Below are positions 60,749 to 64,000 of a DNA stretch of 64,000 bases, piece by piece. The stretch comes from Reclinomonas americana ATCC 50394. Its lineage: Eukaryota. Both the position numbers and the translations under genes were made by a program. The notes under the pieces were generated by a model that made no database searches, had not been told where the DNA came from, and saw nothing but the letters and a program-made list of their open reading frames with translations. The stretch spans positions 744,001-808,000 of the forward strand of contig PS015010.1 in assembly GCA_048213135.1 (NCBI GenBank), in the 5' to 3' direction. Position 1 is the first letter of the stretch; the number at the start of each line of letters is the position of its first letter.

Positions 60749-61838
60749 ATGACAACAGAACAAATTAAGGATATGAGAGACCGCGTTTTGGTCTTGAGGA
60801 GGTTTCTTTGACGTCGCTAACCGCGAAGCCAAGATAGCCAACGATAAACAATTGTCCCTTTCCCCGGGCTTCTGGGATGACAACACAAGGGCAACCGCCA
60901 TTCTCAAAGAAACCAAGGTTAATGAGTATTGGGTGAATATGTACCACAGCGTGGAAACCGCCGTGGAGGATTTCGCCGTGCTTTTTGATTTCTGGAAAGA
61001 AGGAGAGGCGACTGAAGAAGAAGTGAAAACGGCCCATACCGCGGCCATTACGGCTATTGAAGAGGCCGAGTTCAAAAGTACACTCAACAAACCCGAAGAC
61101 GAGATGGTGGCCGTGCTGCAGATCAACAGCGGCGCGGGTGGCACCGAAAGCCAGGACTGGGCCGAAATACTGGCCCGTATGTACCGTATGTATGGCGAAA
61201 AGCAGGGCTGGGATGTAAGCGAACTCGACTGGCAATGGGGCGACGGTGCCGGTATCAAAACCTGTACTTTCCAGTTTGACGGGCCTTTTGCCTACGGATT
61301 CCTGAAAGGGGAAAGCGGCGTGCACCGCCTGGTGCGGATATCGCCGTTTGACAGTAATGCCCGCCGTCATACCAGTTTCGCTTCTGTATATGTATACCCG
61401 CTGATCGACGACAGTATAGAAATTACCGTTAACCCCGCCGATGTTGAATGGGCCTTCTTCCGCAGTGGCGGCAGTGGTGGTCAGAACGTGAACAAAGTGG
61501 AAACGGCGGTAAGGCTTACACACAAACCCAGCGGCATCATCATTGAATGCCAGCAGGCCCGTACGCAGGGTGAGAACAGGGAGAAAGCCATGTCGATGCT
61601 CAAAAGCCGCCTGTACGAAGAGGAAATGCGCAAACGCCAGGAAGCCATTGACGCGACCAACAGCAACAAGAAAAAGATAGAGTGGGGCAGCCAGATCAGG
61701 AGTTATGTGTTCCATCCTTATAAAATGATCAAAGACCACCGCACCGACTATGAAGTGGGTAATGTGCAACCTGTTATGGACGGGGATTTGGAAGGTTTTA
61801 TTAAGGCCTACCTGATGAGTGAGAAAGAAGCGGAATAA
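60749..61838 (+). CDS. prfB: Peptide chain release factor 2, with a programmed +1 frameshift
   Basis: ORF1 [23 protein letters not shown], shift site CTT TGA C at 60806-60812, and SPF and GGQ motifs in the +1 frame. Confidence 0.97.
60797..60812 (+). other. RF2 frameshift cassette
   Basis: AGGAGG TTT CTT TGA C. Confidence 0.95.
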
Positions 61839-61877
61839 TTTGAAAATTTGATGATTTGGAGATTTGAAGATTGAGAT
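61837..61877 (+). repeat. RATTTGRA 8-mer tract after the prfB stop
   Basis: AATTTGAA AATTTGAT GATTTGGA GATTTGAA GATTGAGA. A complementary tract lies at 62297-62326. Confidence 0.8.
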
Positions 61878-61938
61878 GCGGGAATCCGCAAACAATGTGG
61901 CGCCCGGATAGGTAACTTCAGATCTCAATCATTCATTT

Positions 61939-62328
61939 ATGAGGAGTGGGACAAAAAACCTGGTAGTTGAACTTAGTTTTGCATTTGCGGTTAAGATCAT
62001 CAAATATGCAGAGGTATTGGAGCAGGGCCGCAGGTATGTTATTGCCAGGCAGGTATTAAAATCCGGAACAAGTATCGGTGCCAATGTGAGGGAAGCGCAG
62101 AATGCGGAGAGCAAGCCTGACTTTACGCATAAATTAAAAATTGCGGCAAAAGAGGCGGATGAAACAGAATATTGGTTGTTACTTTGCAAAAGATCTGAAG
62201 GGTACCCGGATTGCGATGACTTATTAAATGATTGCTGTTCTATTATAAAAGTGCTATCCAAAATTATTGCCACATCGAAATCGAACCCATTGGCAGATCA
62301 ACAAATTTCCAAATCTTCAAATCAATAA
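61939..62328 (+). CDS. Four-helix-bundle protein (TIGR02436 / 23S rRNA IVS protein / Avd-like)
   Basis: QVLKSGTSIGANVREAQNAESKPDFTHKLKIAAKEADETEYWL. Confidence 0.93.
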   Translation: MRSGTKNLVVELSFAFAVKIIKYAEVLEQGRRYVIARQVLKSGTSIGANVREAQNAESKPDFTHKLKIAAKEADETEYWLLLCKRSEGYPDCDDLLNDCCSIIKVLSKIIATSKSNPLADQQISKSSNQ

Positions 62329-62330
62329 TC

Positions 62331-63965
62331 ATGCAATACGGAGACTTTTATTACCCGATGCCAGTCAACGAACCTGTTCTTAATTATGCACCCGGCAGTG
62401 CAGAAAAAAAGCGCCTCAAAGAAGTGCTGAAAGAACTGAAATCGCAGCGTATCGATGTGCCCATGTATATCGGCAATGAAGAAGTGCGTACAGGTAATAC
62501 CGTTAGTATCCGTCCGCCGCATGAGCACAAACATATTCTCGGCCAGTTCCATGTCGGCGAAAGTAAACATGTGACCAAAGCCATCAACGCAGCCCTGAAG
62601 GCCAAAGACAAATGGGCCGCCATGAGCTGGGAGAACAGGGCCAACATCTTCCTGAAAGCGGCCGACCTCATTGCCGGTAAGTACCGTCCGTATATGAACG
62701 GTACCACCATGCTGGGTCAGAGTAAGAACGCTTACCAGGCTGAGATTGACAGTGCCTGCGAAATCATCGACTTCCTCCGCTTCAATGTGCATTTCCTGAG
62801 CGATATCTACCGCCAGCAGCCCATCAGCGGGCCGGGCATGTACAACCGCATGGAATACCGCCCGCTGGAAGGTTTTGTATTCGCCCTTACACCGTTCAAC
62901 TTTACCGCTATAGGCGGCAACCTGCCCACCAGCGCCGCCATGTGTGGCAATGTGGTGGTATGGAAATGCGCCAACACGCAGGTATTCAGCGCCCAGATGT
63001 TCATGCGCATACTGCGGGAAGCGGGATTGCCCGACGGGGTAATCAACCTTGTATTCGTGGATGGACCTACCATTGGTGAAGTGGTTTTCAATCATCCTGA
63101 TTTTGCAGGTATACACTTTACCGGCAGCACCGGCGTATTCAACCGCATGTGGGAAACCATCGGTAAAAATATGGGTATGTATAAAAGCTATCCCCGCATT
63201 GTTGGGGAGACCGGCGGTAAGGATTTTGTGATCGCTCATAAATCTGCCGACGTAGATGTGGTAGCGACCGCCCTGGCCCGTGGTGCTTTTGAATACCAGG
63301 GACAAAAATGTTCCGCTGCTTCCAGGGCCTATATTCCTTCCAATATAGCGGCAGAAGTGAAGAAGAAACTGGTGGAACAGGTAAAAACGATGAAGATGGG
63401 TACCGTGGAAGACTTCACCAATTTTGTGAATGCCGTGATCGATGAAAAAAGTTTCGATAAACTGGAAGGTTATATCCGCAACGCCCGCAAACGCGACAGC
63501 GGCGCTAAAATATGGGTAGGTGGTAAATGCGATAAAACCGAAGGCTACTTTATTGAGCCCACCATTATTGAAGCCACCGATCCTAAATACGTGACCATGT
63601 GTGAAGAACTCTTTGGGCCGGTACTGACTGTTTACATCTATGATGAAAATAAATATGAAGAAACCCTGAAACTGGTTGACAGCACTTCCGGCTACGCCCT
63701 CACCGGTGCCGTTATCGCCCGCGACCGTGCGGCGGTGGAGCTGGCCACCAACAGGCTGCGCAACAGTGCAGGCAACTTCTACATCAACGATAAGCCTACA
63801 GGCGCTGTAGTAGGTCAGCAGCCATTTGGCGGCGCCCGTGCAAGCGGTACCAACGATAAGGCCGGCTCGCAGCTGAACCTCTACCGCTGGTTAAGCGCAC
63901 GCACCATTAAGGAAACTTTTGTACCACCGGTGGATTACAGTTATCCGTTTATGCAGGAGAAATAA
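62331..63965 (+). CDS. pruA: L-glutamate gamma-semialdehyde (P5C) dehydrogenase
   Basis: NEPVLNYAPGS, PFNFTAIGGNL, FTGST, ETGGKDF, FEYQGQKCSA, EELFGP and QQPFGGARASGTNDK motifs. Confidence 0.96.
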   Translation: MQYGDFYYPMPVNEPVLNYAPGSAEKKRLKEVLKELKSQRIDVPMYIGNEEVRTGNTVSIRPPHEHKHILGQFHVGESKHVTKAINAALKAKDKWAAMSWENRANIFLKAADLIAGKYRPYMNGTTMLGQSKNAYQAEIDSACEIIDFLRFNVHFLSDIYRQQPISGPGMYNRMEYRPLEGFVFALTPFNFTAIGGNLPTSAAMCGNVVVWKCANTQVFSAQMFMRILREAGLPDGVINLVFVDGPTIGEVVFNHPDFAGIHFTGSTGVFNRMWETIGKNMGMYKSYPRIVGETGGKDFVIAHKSADVDVVATALARGAFEYQGQKCSAASRAYIPSNIAAEVKKKLVEQVKTMKMGTVEDFTNFVNAVIDEKSFDKLEGYIRNARKRDSGAKIWVGGKCDKTEGYFIEPTIIEATDPKYVTMCEELFGPVLTVYIYDENKYEETLKLVDSTSGYALTGAVIARDRAAVELATNRLRNSAGNFYINDKPTGAVVGQQPFGGARASGTNDKAGSQLNLYRWLSARTIKETFVPPVDYSYPFMQEK

Positions 63966-64000
63966 TTAAAAAATCAAAGGGAAAAATTAAAAAGGGAGAT

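Noticed and set aside
60377-61928. Long minus-strand ORFs (293 and 387 aa) over prfB
   Set aside because: They are antisense shadows of a conserved gene. The same applies to other long antisense ORFs such as 41121-42287, 57111-58202 and 19086-19967.
61939-62328. Diversity-generating retroelement suggested by the Avd-like gene
   Set aside because: No reverse transcriptase and no TR/VR pair with adenine-specific mismatches is visible in the window.

Overview
A 64-kb chromosomal window from a Bacteroidota genome, probably Chitinophagaceae-like. This is inferred from the SusC/SusD pair, a type-B T9SS C-terminal domain, TAnnTTTG -7 promoters and the gene content. It is mostly housekeeping and envelope genes: purC, ychF, serA, ndh, rnr, a polyprenyl synthase, prfB with its +1 frameshift, pruA, TonB-dependent receptors, an Lhr-helicase/PdeM pair, a glycoprotein-glycan catabolic operon (GH109, glycosylasparaginase, CutC, GH2, GH35) and two tandem M14 carboxypeptidases. 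I found no rRNA, tRNA, CRISPR, transposase or integrase. Two things stand out. (1) An accessory module at about 10.8-12.0 kb: a leader resembling the P1 C4 antisense RNA, whose segments are complementary to the start region of a small ORF, then an orphan CdiA-CT/MuF-like putative tRNase with no immunity ORF, then a convergent promoter-hairpin-CCA-terminator unit that could be an RNA antitoxin. (2) A dense set of intergenic repeat families (34-bp REP-like hairpins, 7-mer and 8-mer tracts, CTCTGTG tracts, a 21-bp array and a Flavo-1-like RNA). The 7-mer, 8-mer and CTCTGTG tracts follow a consistent strand polarity relative to gene starts and stops, and complementary 8-mer tracts bracket an Avd-like four-helix-bundle gene. 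All family calls come from motif recognition by eye; no searches were run.
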